From the IMG/VR virus record IMGVR_UViG_3300045988_154997, positions 37,871 to 101,870 of that record: a DNA stretch of 64,000 nucleotides, one strand, 5' to 3'. Origin of the DNA: a virus (Duplodnaviria > Heunggongvirae > Uroviricota > Caudoviricetes). Positions 1-7,876 of this stretch are shown piece by piece (within the stretch, counting starts at the first letter, position 1; the number at the start of each line of letters is the position of its first letter). Both the position numbers and the translations under genes were made by a program. The notes beneath the pieces are model-generated. The model was not told the origin of the DNA. It searched no databases and worked only from the letters and a program-made list of their open reading frames with translations.

Positions 1-241
1 CATTCTAACTTATACTATGGTAAGGAATACTACTAAAATTTGTATCAATACTGAATACATTCATATCATATGCAAGTTACTTTTCTTACCTATTTTGGGC
101 TAATTTTTCTCCGTGCAATGGCCTTTAACCGGTCTTTTAAGTGCCTATCGAAAAAAATGATAATAGCTTTACAACCCTAACCTTTGATGTAATATCGGTA
201 AGCACTTACCAGAGAGAATTGAACGCGCAAAGGTTGTGACC

Positions 242-628
242 ATGTCTGATAACAAGATTGAATTTATAGAAAGTCGCTACGCTGCTTTTATCGCAGGGTT
301 GATTGAATCCTCACCTATGAGCCAGGCCCAGATAGCCAAAACAATTGGGTATAAAAACGCCAACAACCTTTCTTTAATTAAAAGCGGCAAAATTCCTTTG
401 CCTATCGATAAGGTTCGTCCGCTGGCGCTGGCACTGGGTATTGAGCCAAGTCGTCTTATGATGATGGTGCTGGAAGAACGCCAACCCGAACTCGCAGCAT
501 TTTTATACAAAGAAGGCACTGCTCCTCTTAACGAGGACGAAAAACAGGTTCTTGCTGCATATAACGAGCGATTCGGTAAAGAGAAAGGCGCATCACAAAA
601 GGTTGTTGAGGCCATAAAGTCTCTATGA
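242..628 (+). CDS. XRE-family HTH regulator (putative)
   Basis: ORF track 236..628 starts at GTG; first ATG at 242. HTH-like stretch SQAQIAKTIGYKNANNLSLIKSG. Converges on and overlaps the recombinase stop by 6 nt. Confidence 0.5.
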   Translation: MSDNKIEFIESRYAAFIAGLIESSPMSQAQIAKTIGYKNANNLSLIKSGKIPLPIDKVRPLALALGIEPSRLMMMVLEERQPELAAFLYKEGTAPLNEDEKQVLAAYNERFGKEKGASQKVVEAIKSL

Positions 629-1726
629 AAAATTTACACGAATAAGCTCTGTTGATAGACGATCTCCCTTAAATTTGTGGTCAATTTCGTCTAAATCCGG
701 TTGCTCTACGATTGATGCGATGTACGTCGAGAAACTTTCTAAGGCGTCTCGCATCTCGTCCATATAATCGTGCCGGTCGTAGACCCGATCTATCCCCTCA
801 AGACTGTGGTTCATGATTTTACGTGATACCTCCTGGCTTATGCCTAATGCTGGGAAGTAACTACGCGCAGTACGGCGCAAATCTCGGGGTGTAAATGGCT
901 CAAGCTCCATCAGTTCTGGTCGTTCCAGAATACGACGTAATGCCTGGGCTATTGCCACTTTAGACATAGGAAGGTCTTTCCCGATTTTTTTATTCGAAGG
1001 CACGAGCCACTGGCTGTCTTTACCATATTCGAACAACTCTTCAATACATGTGCGCATTAATGAGCTTAAAGGCAGAGAATGCTCACGGGCAGATTTGTTC
1101 CTCTTGCCTTGATTCCAAACCCCACGCTTAAGATTGAACTCACTTTTTTTAGCCCGCAGTACTTCGTCAGGTCGTCTTGCGGATACAAGACATAGCCTGG
1201 CCGCCCATTTTGTACCAGCACACACATTGAAGTAGTCCCATATATTCCAGAACACCCATACCTCTGCGTCGGTCAGCTTCCGCTCGCGAGGTGTGGGCTT
1301 TGCGCCACCGGCAACTTTGTTAAGTGACATATCGTTTAACGGTGACACGTCGATCATCCCCTGGAAGGCGCACCAGCTGAGGAACTGCTTCATCAGAGAG
1401 AAAACGCGGCGACCCATAACAATTTTGCCATCCAGTATTAGTGGGTTGACCAGTTGGTTCACCATGAACCTATTAATATCACTTACTTTTACATCGGCAA
1501 TGTGCGGCAAAACATGTATCAAAATACAATGAACAGCGATCTCTGGCCGACGTCTTGTTATCAGCAGAGATAAGCGAGTGAATAACATGAATGCGTCCGA
1601 GAATCTCATGTCATTGCTGACCTGGGAGATCATAACGGCCTGCATTTGAGATGCTCTTTCGAGATACTCAATCGCCTCTTTTGAGGTGTTCTCCGCAGCG
1701 CGTGCTCTGTCAAAGCTATTTTTCAT
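623..1726 (-). CDS. int: tyrosine recombinase / integrase
   Basis: C-terminal catalytic signature: ARRPDEV (Arg box), PRDLRRTARSY (box II-like), MNHSLEGIDRVYDRHDY (HxxxxxxxY with catalytic Tyr). Confidence 0.75.
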   Translation of the reverse strand: MKNSFDRARAAENTSKEAIEYLERASQMQAVMISQVSNDMRFSDAFMLFTRLSLLITRRRPEIAVHCILIHVLPHIADVKVSDINRFMVNQLVNPLILDGKIVMGRRVFSLMKQFLSWCAFQGMIDVSPLNDMSLNKVAGGAKPTPRERKLTDAEVWVFWNIWDYFNVCAGTKWAARLCLVSARRPDEVLRAKKSEFNLKRGVWNQGKRNKSAREHSLPLSSLMRTCIEELFEYGKDSQWLVPSNKKIGKDLPMSKVAIAQALRRILERPELMELEPFTPRDLRRTARSYFPALGISQEVSRKIMNHSLEGIDRVYDRHDYMDEMRDALESFSTYIASIVEQPDLDEIDHKFKGDRLSTELIRVNFS

Positions 1727-1824
1727 ATGACAATCACCGAGTTACGCCGATGCACTGTATAAGTAAACAGTATATTAGGCATAGATTCTTATAGGATCAA
1801 GAGTAAAAGTAACTCATTTTCAGT

Positions 1825-1857
1825 AATGATTCCATACATAGTAGGTATGGAATCATT
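1825..1857. promoter_or_regulatory. perfect 13-bp inverted repeat AATGATTCCATAC-N7-GTATGGAATCATT, candidate operator
   Basis: Read directly in the divergent intergenic region between the recombinase (minus) and the first cargo ORF (plus). Half-site recurs at 6642-6654 and 7654-7666. Confidence 0.5.
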
Positions 1858-1946
1858 GGGGGGCGATTTTTTTGAATCTATCTTTTCGAACGGAGGGGTT
1901 GGCTTCACTTTTATCTTCATCACCTAAAAGGTAATTGATTTACTTG

Positions 1947-2924
1947 AAAATGGCTGGTTTTATAGTATTGTCATGCGATCGCTGCAACAGGATAAGAAAA
2001 ATGATAAAAGAGACACCGGAAGTCAACACGCTATCTGAGTTATTAGGGGCTACGCCTCCCAAACCTCAGCTAGTAGTGACGACTAAAGGTATTGATTTAG
2101 GTCTGGATATCTCCCTCGGAGATTGGAATAACTCTTCATTATTATCACGACCTTCAGCTTTGTTAGCAATTGAGCATGGGGAAAATTTATTTGAACTCAT
2201 GGATAAAGAGTTAGGTCTTGTTGGTATTAATGAAGAAGGAGTGATCAAGTCAAACATCATTATCGAACTAGATCCCCATAAAACAACTATGAGAATATTA
2301 GGTAAAATTGCGGAAGCACTCATTGTTGAAGAATGTGAAAAAAACGCGAAACAAAATGAAAACTGGGCATTATTAGCAAAGAGATATACCCCTTTCACAG
2401 ATAGTTTGTCTAATTATAAAGCTGTTGGGACTGGACTCAACTATACGAAAATTAACTATCCTACTAAATATCAACCTAATGATACTCAACGGGACATTGT
2501 GTGGATAGACAAACGAGACCCACTTTCTCAATTACTTATTTCTGCTCCAACGTCGAATTCAGGTATACAGGCTGGAATTCAAGTGAAGGTCAGTGCAAAT
2601 GGTCTTAACTATCTATCACCAATGGATTTTTCTAGCAGAAGATATGAGGTCCCTATTGTTTACTTTGATTTAAATAATGATTTTTTTGAAATTCAGATGA
2701 AGATAGTGAACTCAGGAATTGATTCGGTTTATGGAATGGATTATCACCGTGGTAGAAACATTTCTCCTGAAATACATGAAAAACTATGTGCATATTATAA
2801 CCTTATATACTCCATTATCATTGGTGATATGAAATTAGAGGCTCTGTTACTAAATGAAGAGGCACTGAAAGGGTATGTGACTGAGATTAAAGATAGACAA
2901 GGTAAAAGAATAATCGTGACGTGA
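1947..2924 (+). CDS. hypothetical protein (AT-rich cargo gene, no recognisable motif)
   Basis: Long ORF 1935..2924 (TTG in track); first ATG at 1947, alternative ATG at 2001 with AGGA upstream. Visibly AT-rich compared with the structural genes. Confidence 0.45.
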   Translation, partial: KMAGFIVLSCDRCNRIRKMIKETPEVNTLSELLGATPPKPQLVVTTKGIDLGLDISLGDWNNSSLLSRPSALLAIEHGENLFELMDKELGLVGINEEGVIKSNIIIELDPHKTTMRILGKIAEALIVEECEKNAKQNENWALLAKRYTPFTDSLSNYKAVGTGLNYTKINYPTKYQPNDTQRDIVWIDKRDPLSQLLISAPTSNSGIQAGIQVKVSANGLNYLSPMDFSSRRYEVPIVYFDLNNDFFEIQMKIVNSGIDSVYGMDYHRGRNISPEIHEKLCAYYNLIYSIIIGDMKLEALLLNEEALKGYVTEIKDRQGKRIIVT

Positions 2925-3086
2925 AAACCTAAACTGTAAAGGCAACAAAAGGTGAAATAATAACTCATTAAAAGCACATTGTGTGAAATTTTAATCTGAT
3001 AATTCATATATCGGAAGGGATTTTAGATATTTTTAATATTTATAACTGTCCTTTTCATAGATATAGTTGATTTGAGCGCACACTTT

Positions 3087-3107
3087 CATGTAAAAAGCCG
3101 CCTAAGC
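3087..3107. terminator. hairpin AGCCGC-CTAA-GCGGCT, T-run on minus strand
   Basis: Stem-loop followed by TTTTT when read on the minus strand, immediately downstream of the glutaredoxin stop (3117). Confidence 0.5.
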
Positions 3108-3116
3108 GGCTCTTAA

Positions 3117-3362
3117 TTATAATGTACTCACCAGAGCGGCGAATTCCGTATAGCCACCGATAGATTCGCCATTTACGAACACCTGCGGTATGGTCTCCAC
3201 CGGCTTGCCAACCAGGGCGCTCAATTTCTCTTTGTCTATCCCAGCAGACACAATATCGATGTATTCGTAATCGCCAAAACCGTGACCGTGAAGCTGCTTC
3301 GCCAGCTCGACCGCACGTTTGCAGTATGAGCAGTTATCTCGTCCATAGATAGTGATCGTCAT
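3117..3362 (-). CDS. glutaredoxin (GrxA/NrdC-like)
   Basis: 81 aa; CSYC active-site motif at the N-terminus; KPVETIPQVFVNGESIGGYTEF closely resembles E. coli Grx1 from memory. RBS GAGG 7 nt upstream. Confidence 0.85.
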   Translation of the reverse strand: MTITIYGRDNCSYCKRAVELAKQLHGHGFGDYEYIDIVSAGIDKEKLSALVGKPVETIPQVFVNGESIGGYTEFAALVSTL

Positions 3363-3502
3363 TGCTTTGCCTCGTTATGCGCTTCGCTGGGGAACGTGTA
3401 GCGGTTAGTGAAAGAGCTGAGGTGGTAGTGCTCGTGAATGTATGGATTTGACTTCTGCACCTGACGAGATGCGCGACGCGCATGTTTACATTTATTTCCC
3501 AT
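3359..3502 (-). CDS. small basic hypothetical protein (47 aa), translationally coupled to glutaredoxin
   Basis: ATG at 3502 preceded by AAGGA. Stop overlaps the glutaredoxin start as ATGA. Track ORF 3359..3577 is probably an over-extension. Confidence 0.35.
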   Translation of the reverse strand: MGNKCKHARRASRQVQKSNPYIHEHYHLSSFTNRYTFPSEAHNEAKQ

Positions 3503-3558
3503 ATTGAGTCCTTTCAAGTGAGTATCCGAAAGAACTATACAGTTAACGTGCGTAAAAA

Positions 3559-3587
3559 GTAAGTGCTTACCTATCATTTATTGATAG
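3559..3587. promoter_or_regulatory. dispersed motif copy: GTAAGtgCTTAC palindrome + CTATCA-N5-TGATAG palindrome
   Basis: Contains the 16-mer GTGCTTACCTATCATT (3563-3578), identical to 9685-9700. Sits upstream of the plus-strand ORF at 3652. Confidence 0.4.
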
Positions 3588-3651
3588 AAGAATAGCCGCC
3601 TGTCGTGTGATACTATTTACAGAACTAAACTGGCTTTCCACAAGGTGTAAA

Positions 3652-4473
3652 ATGACTATCCTTGAAAATCCTGATGCGAATGTTGAATCTGTTTATAGTC
3701 TTCATCCAACCACGTTGTTTCATTTTACAAAAAACGAAGATGCTTTCTATAGCATATTGGCTGAGAAATATTTTAAACCATTTCTTGCTCGCGAGGAAAT
3801 AAGAGGAGTCGGGGGACGCAGGAGGTTTGCAGTACCAATGGTATCGTTTTGTGACATAAAACTATCACAAATCAGAGATCATAGCGGAAAATATGGAGAA
3901 TTCGGTCTTGGGCTAACTAAGTCTTGGGCGGAAAAGAAAGGTCTACACCCAGTTCTATATATGAATAAGAGTAGTGAAATATTTTCTAAATACAATGCCA
4001 GAATTCGACTTATTAAAAATAAGTTGGTGCCGCTTTGGAAGGCTAGAGGAAATTTAGATACCAAAAACAGAATAGAGTTTGAGAAATTGAAAGCAGAATA
4101 TTCTGATCTATATAATTTACTGCGTTATATGAAAAATTACAGAGGCAAGCTAGAGCGAAAAGATAATAAAACAATAGAGAATTATATATATGCAGACGAG
4201 AAAGAGTGGCGTTATGTGCCAGCTCCTTTTATTGGTGATTTATGGCCTAGTCTGAGTTTGGAGCGTGTTATCACTTCTGATGACAAAGCAAAAATTAGCT
4301 CAAAATTTTCAAAGTTTGGCATTGATTTTGAGTTCAATGATATAAAATATATACTTATACCTAAAGAACAACATATCCAAAAGCTAATTAACTTTCTCTC
4401 AGGTTTAGATGGATTTGAATCTTCAATTATTAGCAAAATTCTGACCATGGATAAAGTAAAGCAAGATTTTTAA
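3652..4473 (+). CDS. hypothetical Abi-like protein (N-terminal LFHFT motif)
   Basis: ORF 3607..4473; first ATG in frame at 3652 (MTILENP). N-terminal LFHFTKNEDAFYSIL recalls the HFT start of AbiGi-type proteins (from memory, unverified). AT-rich. Confidence 0.45.
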   Translation: MTILENPDANVESVYSLHPTTLFHFTKNEDAFYSILAEKYFKPFLAREEIRGVGGRRRFAVPMVSFCDIKLSQIRDHSGKYGEFGLGLTKSWAEKKGLHPVLYMNKSSEIFSKYNARIRLIKNKLVPLWKARGNLDTKNRIEFEKLKAEYSDLYNLLRYMKNYRGKLERKDNKTIENYIYADEKEWRYVPAPFIGDLWPSLSLERVITSDDKAKISSKFSKFGIDFEFNDIKYILIPKEQHIQKLINFLSGLDGFESSIISKILTMDKVKQDF

Positions 4474-4499
4474 TTTTTGGTTTAACGGGAGCCTAATTA

Positions 4500-5711
4500 G
4501 TGTCAATATTTTTAAGCGAAAAGGAAATGCAAAATTGGATAATTGACAAATTATCTGATCAAGATGGATTATATAATTCAATCATCAATATTGATAAATT
4601 AAATGAATTTAATCCGAAAAGACCCGAAGAGAAAAAAATTAAGGAGAGTTATCAGTTTTGTTTAAAGAACATAACATTGTTACATTTAATGACAGATGAT
4701 GAGAATATCTCAGCAACAAAATCTGAGATATTAAGACCTGATGTCGTTGCTTATTCAACAGAGAATGAATCCTTAGTTCTTATTGAGTTAAAAAATTTTT
4801 CAACACCAACAAGGGAAGCTGGAACTGAGCTAGTGGCATATGCTGCGGAACTAAAAAGTTACTTGTCATACTTGTCTGATGGAGATATTACCAATGTACT
4901 TATATCACCTGACTGGCCACCTTTGGTTAGACACTTTATTTTTAATATGATCGTGTGGCAGAAGAAAAACTTTCTATGTTTAGAACCTTGCTATGATTTA
5001 CAAGGTAACGTATCACTTACTCCTTTAGATATTAATAAATTAGTTATTGCGGAAGAAGCACTCAAGTTCTCATTTCGTCATCTTGGCGGGTTTCATATAT
5101 GTTTGTATGATGATGAAATGTATAATCAACCGACTTCCACTTCTCGTTTACATTCGAAATTGAATGTTATTAAAGCCAGCATGGCAAAAATGTCCTCAGA
5201 CGGTGAAAAGACTAATAGCCATGGGTTTGCTATTTTATGTAGAAATTTGAACGAGAGAACTTTAGCACCATATACGATTACTCTAGTTAATGTTTCTGCG
5301 TTTTCTTCCATAGAGCGATACTTTCATTCGCCACAAATATCCAATGCTTCTCAACTCCCTAGAATAGGACAAAAAATTTATGACATTTACACTCATTACC
5401 AACCATCAGGTTTTGGGGCATCAATGTCGAAAATTTACAATTCTGGGAGGGCATATTTAGAAAAAATTAATTGCAAGCCGCGGATCGAGGTTATAGACAC
5501 CTGGGATGTATTGCAAGTACATACACATGCGCCTTATATGGAAATGGTTCATATTGAAACGTGGGGAGTTTTTAAAGAAAAATTGATTGAAGGTCTAAAT
5601 GAATGTTATGAGGATGAATATTACACACCTGATTTTAACGATGTAGATTTTTGCATGGTGTGTATTGAATCCTTAATTGACCAGAATTATGAATTTATAA
5701 AACTTTTTTGA
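4500..5711 (+). CDS. PD-(D/E)xK nuclease-like protein (putative)
   Basis: 403 aa. Motif ILRPDVVAYSTENESLVLIELK fits the PD...(D/E)xK nuclease core. GTG start at 4500 with GGGAG 9 nt upstream; 26 nt after the previous gene. AT-rich. Confidence 0.5.
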   Translation: MSIFLSEKEMQNWIIDKLSDQDGLYNSIINIDKLNEFNPKRPEEKKIKESYQFCLKNITLLHLMTDDENISATKSEILRPDVVAYSTENESLVLIELKNFSTPTREAGTELVAYAAELKSYLSYLSDGDITNVLISPDWPPLVRHFIFNMIVWQKKNFLCLEPCYDLQGNVSLTPLDINKLVIAEEALKFSFRHLGGFHICLYDDEMYNQPTSTSRLHSKLNVIKASMAKMSSDGEKTNSHGFAILCRNLNERTLAPYTITLVNVSAFSSIERYFHSPQISNASQLPRIGQKIYDIYTHYQPSGFGASMSKIYNSGRAYLEKINCKPRIEVIDTWDVLQVHTHAPYMEMVHIETWGVFKEKLIEGLNECYEDEYYTPDFNDVDFCMVCIESLIDQNYEFIKLF

Positions 5712-5713
5712 AG

Positions 5714-5736
5714 AAAAGGGGCCGAAGCCCCTTTGA
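5714..5736. terminator. rho-independent terminator hairpin (AAAAGGGGC-CGAA-GCCCCTTTT), bidirectional
   Basis: GC stem with 4-nt loop and flanking A/T runs. Ends the plus-strand cargo operon and the minus-strand tRNA transcript. Confidence 0.6.
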
Positions 5737-5805
5737 ATATTGCGCTGAAAAAAAGTGTTGCTAGGATGTTAGCAAGCTATGGTTAAGAACGTCTGCCGTA
5801 ATTGT

Positions 5806-5895
5806 CAATCACAGCGTTGAGCGGTCTGGTTTATGTTAGCGGAGTCTTAATCGAGTTGATTAAAAGGCCAAACCGCTCAACGCTGTGTCTGGCGG
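5806..5895. repeat. long inverted repeat (15-bp arms ACAGCGTTGAGCGGT / ACCGCTCAACGCTGT, ~56-nt spacer)
   Basis: Read directly. Arms resemble those of a second IR at 6712-6833. Lies next to the 3' end of tRNA-Ser. Confidence 0.5.
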
Positions 5896-5899
5896 AGAG

Positions 5900-5986
5900 T
5901 AATGGAATCGAACCATCATCGTTTGCACAATGGGACGATTTTCAAGACCGCTTGAGCACCATGCTCCCTACTCTCCGGCCGTTGTG
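5900..5986 (-). tRNA. tRNA-Ser (anticodon UGA, type II) - tentative isotype
   Basis: 87 nt; reverse complement starts GGAGAGT, ends GGTTCGATTCCATTACTCTCCGCCA. Anticodon loop CTTGAAA. Long variable arm. Anticodon stem has two G-U pairs. Confidence 0.6.
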
Positions 5987-6200
5987 GTGGCCGGTACTGA
6001 ATCTCCGGCATACGGTGCAGCCAATTAGGACTACGGACGATCACCGCTCGCGAAAGGGAAGATTTGCGGCCGCATTTCCCTAACATCCAAGAAAGCTATC
6101 GCATCAGTCTGCGAATCCACCACAACGGTAAGATCACTACCTTTCGACCAGTCATTGTGCACATGAACGACGATTAACCGTAATGATCTTATCGTTGTAT

Positions 6201-6276
6201 TGGTGCCGGTTAACGGACTCGAACCGCTGACATCCTGCTTACAAGGCAGGCGCTCTACCAACTGAGCTAAACCGGC
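6201..6276 (-). tRNA. tRNA-Thr (anticodon UGU)
   Basis: 76 nt GCCGGTTTAGCTCAGTTGGTAGAGCGCCTGCCTTGTAAGCAGG...GGTTCGAGTCCGTTAACCGGCACCA; perfect acceptor and anticodon stems; CCA encoded. Confidence 0.8.
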
Positions 6277-6280
6277 AATT

Positions 6281-6367
6281 TGGTGGGGAGTGATGGAGTC
6301 GAACCACCCGAGTCGCAATGACAGTAGATTTACAGTCTGTCCCGCTACCTCTACGGACTAACTCCCC
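6281..6367 (-). tRNA. tRNA-Tyr (anticodon GUA, type II), atypical anticodon stem
   Basis: 87 nt GGGGAGT...ACAGA-CTGTAAA-TCTAC...GGTTCGACTCCATCACTCCCCACCA; resembles E. coli tRNA-Tyr but the two outer anticodon-stem pairs are C-A / A-C. Confidence 0.65.
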
Positions 6368-6372
6368 TAAAT

Positions 6373-6447
6373 TGGCGATGGTGGGTGGATTCGAACCACC
6401 GACCAGTTGGTTAACAGCCAACTGCTCTACCGCTGAGCTACACCATC
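6373..6447 (-). tRNA. tRNA-Asn (anticodon GUU)
   Basis: 75 nt GATGGTGTAGCTCAGCGGTAGAGCAGTTGGCTGTTAACCAACTGGTCGGTGGTTCGAATCCACCCACCATCGCCA; canonical cloverleaf. Confidence 0.8.
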
Positions 6448-6637
6448 AATTCAGCACTGCCAGTATTTATTACTCAACAGTGCCAATCGCGGCGGTGTTA
6501 GTTTCTGCCAGGAAACACACCGCTACTGGCACTTTCCGTTAGTGCCAGACGTTTTCGACTTCGCTCAATAGAAGGCAAAATCTTTAAGTAGATGATGTTT
6601 CTGAGGACAGCACCTACTTTGTAATTTATACAATGTG

Positions 6638-6654
6638 ATGTATGGAATCATTTG
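6638..6654. promoter_or_regulatory. 17-mer GATGTATGGAATCATTT (copy 1 of 2)
   Basis: Identical 17-mer at 7650-7666; shares its 13-mer with the operator palindrome at 1825-1857. Confidence 0.4.
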
Positions 6655-6711
6655 TTGTGAAAACAGGCACTAATGGCAACAGTGGTTAAACCTATACAAC
6701 AATCCTGTCTT

Positions 6712-6833
6712 CACAACGTTGAGGCCACTACTCCGATTGAATGTTTGCCCAACATGTTACATATCAACGCTCGCCGGTATCTCTGTGAATAGAACCTTAG
6801 AATTGATAAAAATGTAATGGCCTCAACGTTGTG
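6712..6833. repeat. long inverted repeat (15-bp arms CACAACGTTGAGGCC / GGCCTCAACGTTGTG, ~92-nt spacer)
   Basis: Read directly; arm sequence is related to the 5806-5895 IR. Confidence 0.5.
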
Positions 6834-6909
6834 TGCTGGCTAACCATACCAGCCGGGCTACGTCGCCGCTTTTTAACCCAGTATAAACGACATAATTGAA
6901 CAAAATGAC

Positions 6910-6989
6910 GTAACAGGATGGGCGGTCATTGGCTAAGAATCCGGGAGTCGTATATGAGTTGAAAATATACTGACCGCCCATTCTGTTAC
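6910..6989. repeat. inverted repeat (19-bp arms GTAACAGGATGGGCGGTCA / TGACCGCCCATTCTGTTAC, 1 mismatch)
   Basis: Read directly. A further 8-bp-stem hairpin (GAGGGAAC-TCTCAT-GTTCCCTC) follows at 6997-7018. Confidence 0.5.
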
Positions 6990-7193
6990 TTCATCGGAGG
7001 GAACTCTCATGTTCCCTCCTGCGTTCTGCAATCACACTCGCTCAGTGTGTCCCATTTCGGTAACGAGGCTGGAAACTGACCTCGCTGGTGTTTGGCTTAT
7101 TAGGCTACTGCCAGATAGACTTCTTCGTTTGCACTTGTATTTAAGTTCAAACAGTCGCGTCTCAACGAAAACAAAGTCATCTTATACATAAAA

Positions 7194-7219
7194 GATAGGT
7201 AAGTAAATACTTATTATTG
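7194..7219. promoter_or_regulatory. dispersed motif copy (GATAGGTAAGTA + TAAGTA-aa-TACTTA)
   Basis: Contains the reverse complement of TACTTACCTATC and a TAAGTA..TACTTA palindrome; just downstream of the gene ending at 7225. Confidence 0.35.
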
Positions 7220-7224
7220 TATTT

Positions 7225-7515
7225 TTATTCGGTTGTGACTTTTTTGATCAAGGCCACTCTACGACTAGGTGTTCTTGTGATGGTGGCAGTGAATTGTTTC
7301 GCTTGGATAGTAATGGTTTCGTTCTCCTTAAGTTGCCCGTAGCGAGTTTCCACCAGGGTGCCAAGACGCCACAGACCATCATCGATACGTTTATGACTAG
7401 CAAATTTAATCAGCAACAGTTTTACGACTAACTGACCTACGTAAAAGGCGAATGCGACTCCGGCCGCTAAGAAATAGGTGACCAACCACCATTCCCAAGA
7501 AGTTAACTTGCTCAT
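7225..7515 (-). CDS. small membrane protein (hypothetical)
   Basis: 96 aa with hydrophobic segment WEWWLVTYFLAAGVAFAFYVG; start overlaps the upstream stop as ATGA. Confidence 0.5.
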   Translation of the reverse strand: MSKLTSWEWWLVTYFLAAGVAFAFYVGQLVVKLLLIKFASHKRIDDGLWRLGTLVETRYGQLKENETITIQAKQFTATITRTPSRRVALIKKVTTE

Positions 7516-7664
7516 TTTTTCACCTTTGTTTCATGAACTACTCGATACACGCGCTTTCCGATGCACAGTGTTTTGGTTTTAAGTTCCTGCTTAATCAAAT
7601 CATGACAGATGCCGAAGCCGATAAGGAAGCCAGCCATAAAAGCCAATGAGATGTATGGAATCAT
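7512..7664 (-). CDS. small hydrophobic protein (50 aa; below the ORF-track size cutoff)
   Basis: Hand-translated MIPYISLAFMAGFLIGFGICHDLIKQELKTKTLCIGKRVYRVVHETKVKK; ATGA overlaps at both ends. Its start lies inside the 17-mer motif. Confidence 0.35.
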   Translation of the reverse strand: MIPYISLAFMAGFLIGFGICHDLIKQELKTKTLCIGKRVYRVVHETKVKK

Positions 7665-7876
7665 TTAAAGGCTCCTGATTCTACTAATTGCTGTAGCAAT
7701 AATTTCCCTTTATCAGTTAACTGGTAGTTGGCCGAGCGCCACGTTTCAGAAACGTTTGCAACCAACCCTAAACGCTCTAACTTAGCTCGCGTTTTAGGCT
7801 TCCAGTACTCAGGGAACTCCGGCCACTTACTTATTTCATGAAGCGTTTCTTTCTCCCGTTTACTTAATACGATCAT
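7661..7876 (-). CDS. hypothetical protein
   Basis: 71 aa ORF; start overlaps the ligase stop (7873-7876), translationally coupled. Confidence 0.45.
   Translation of the reverse strand: MIVLSKREKETLHEISKWPEFPEYWKPKTRAKLERLGLVANVSETWRSANYQLTDKGKLLLQQLVESGAFK

Noticed and set aside
5987-6200. Possible fifth tRNA between tRNA-Ser and tRNA-Thr (TGGTGGCCGG... resembles a CCA end)
   Set aside because: I could not fold a cloverleaf: there is no T-arm pairing and no TTCGAAT-like loop. Left as unexplained spacer with one hairpin; worth a tRNAscan/ARAGORN check.
5802-6542. ORFs 5802..6083, 6031..6318, 6239..6421, 6318..6542
   Set aside because: They overlap the four tRNA genes and the hairpin-rich spacer; tRNA structure explains this region better than coding.
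7009-7191. Plus-strand 60-aa ORF in the hairpin-rich spacer
   Set aside because: It overlaps the 6997-7018 hairpin, has no RBS, and lies in a region dominated by inverted repeats.
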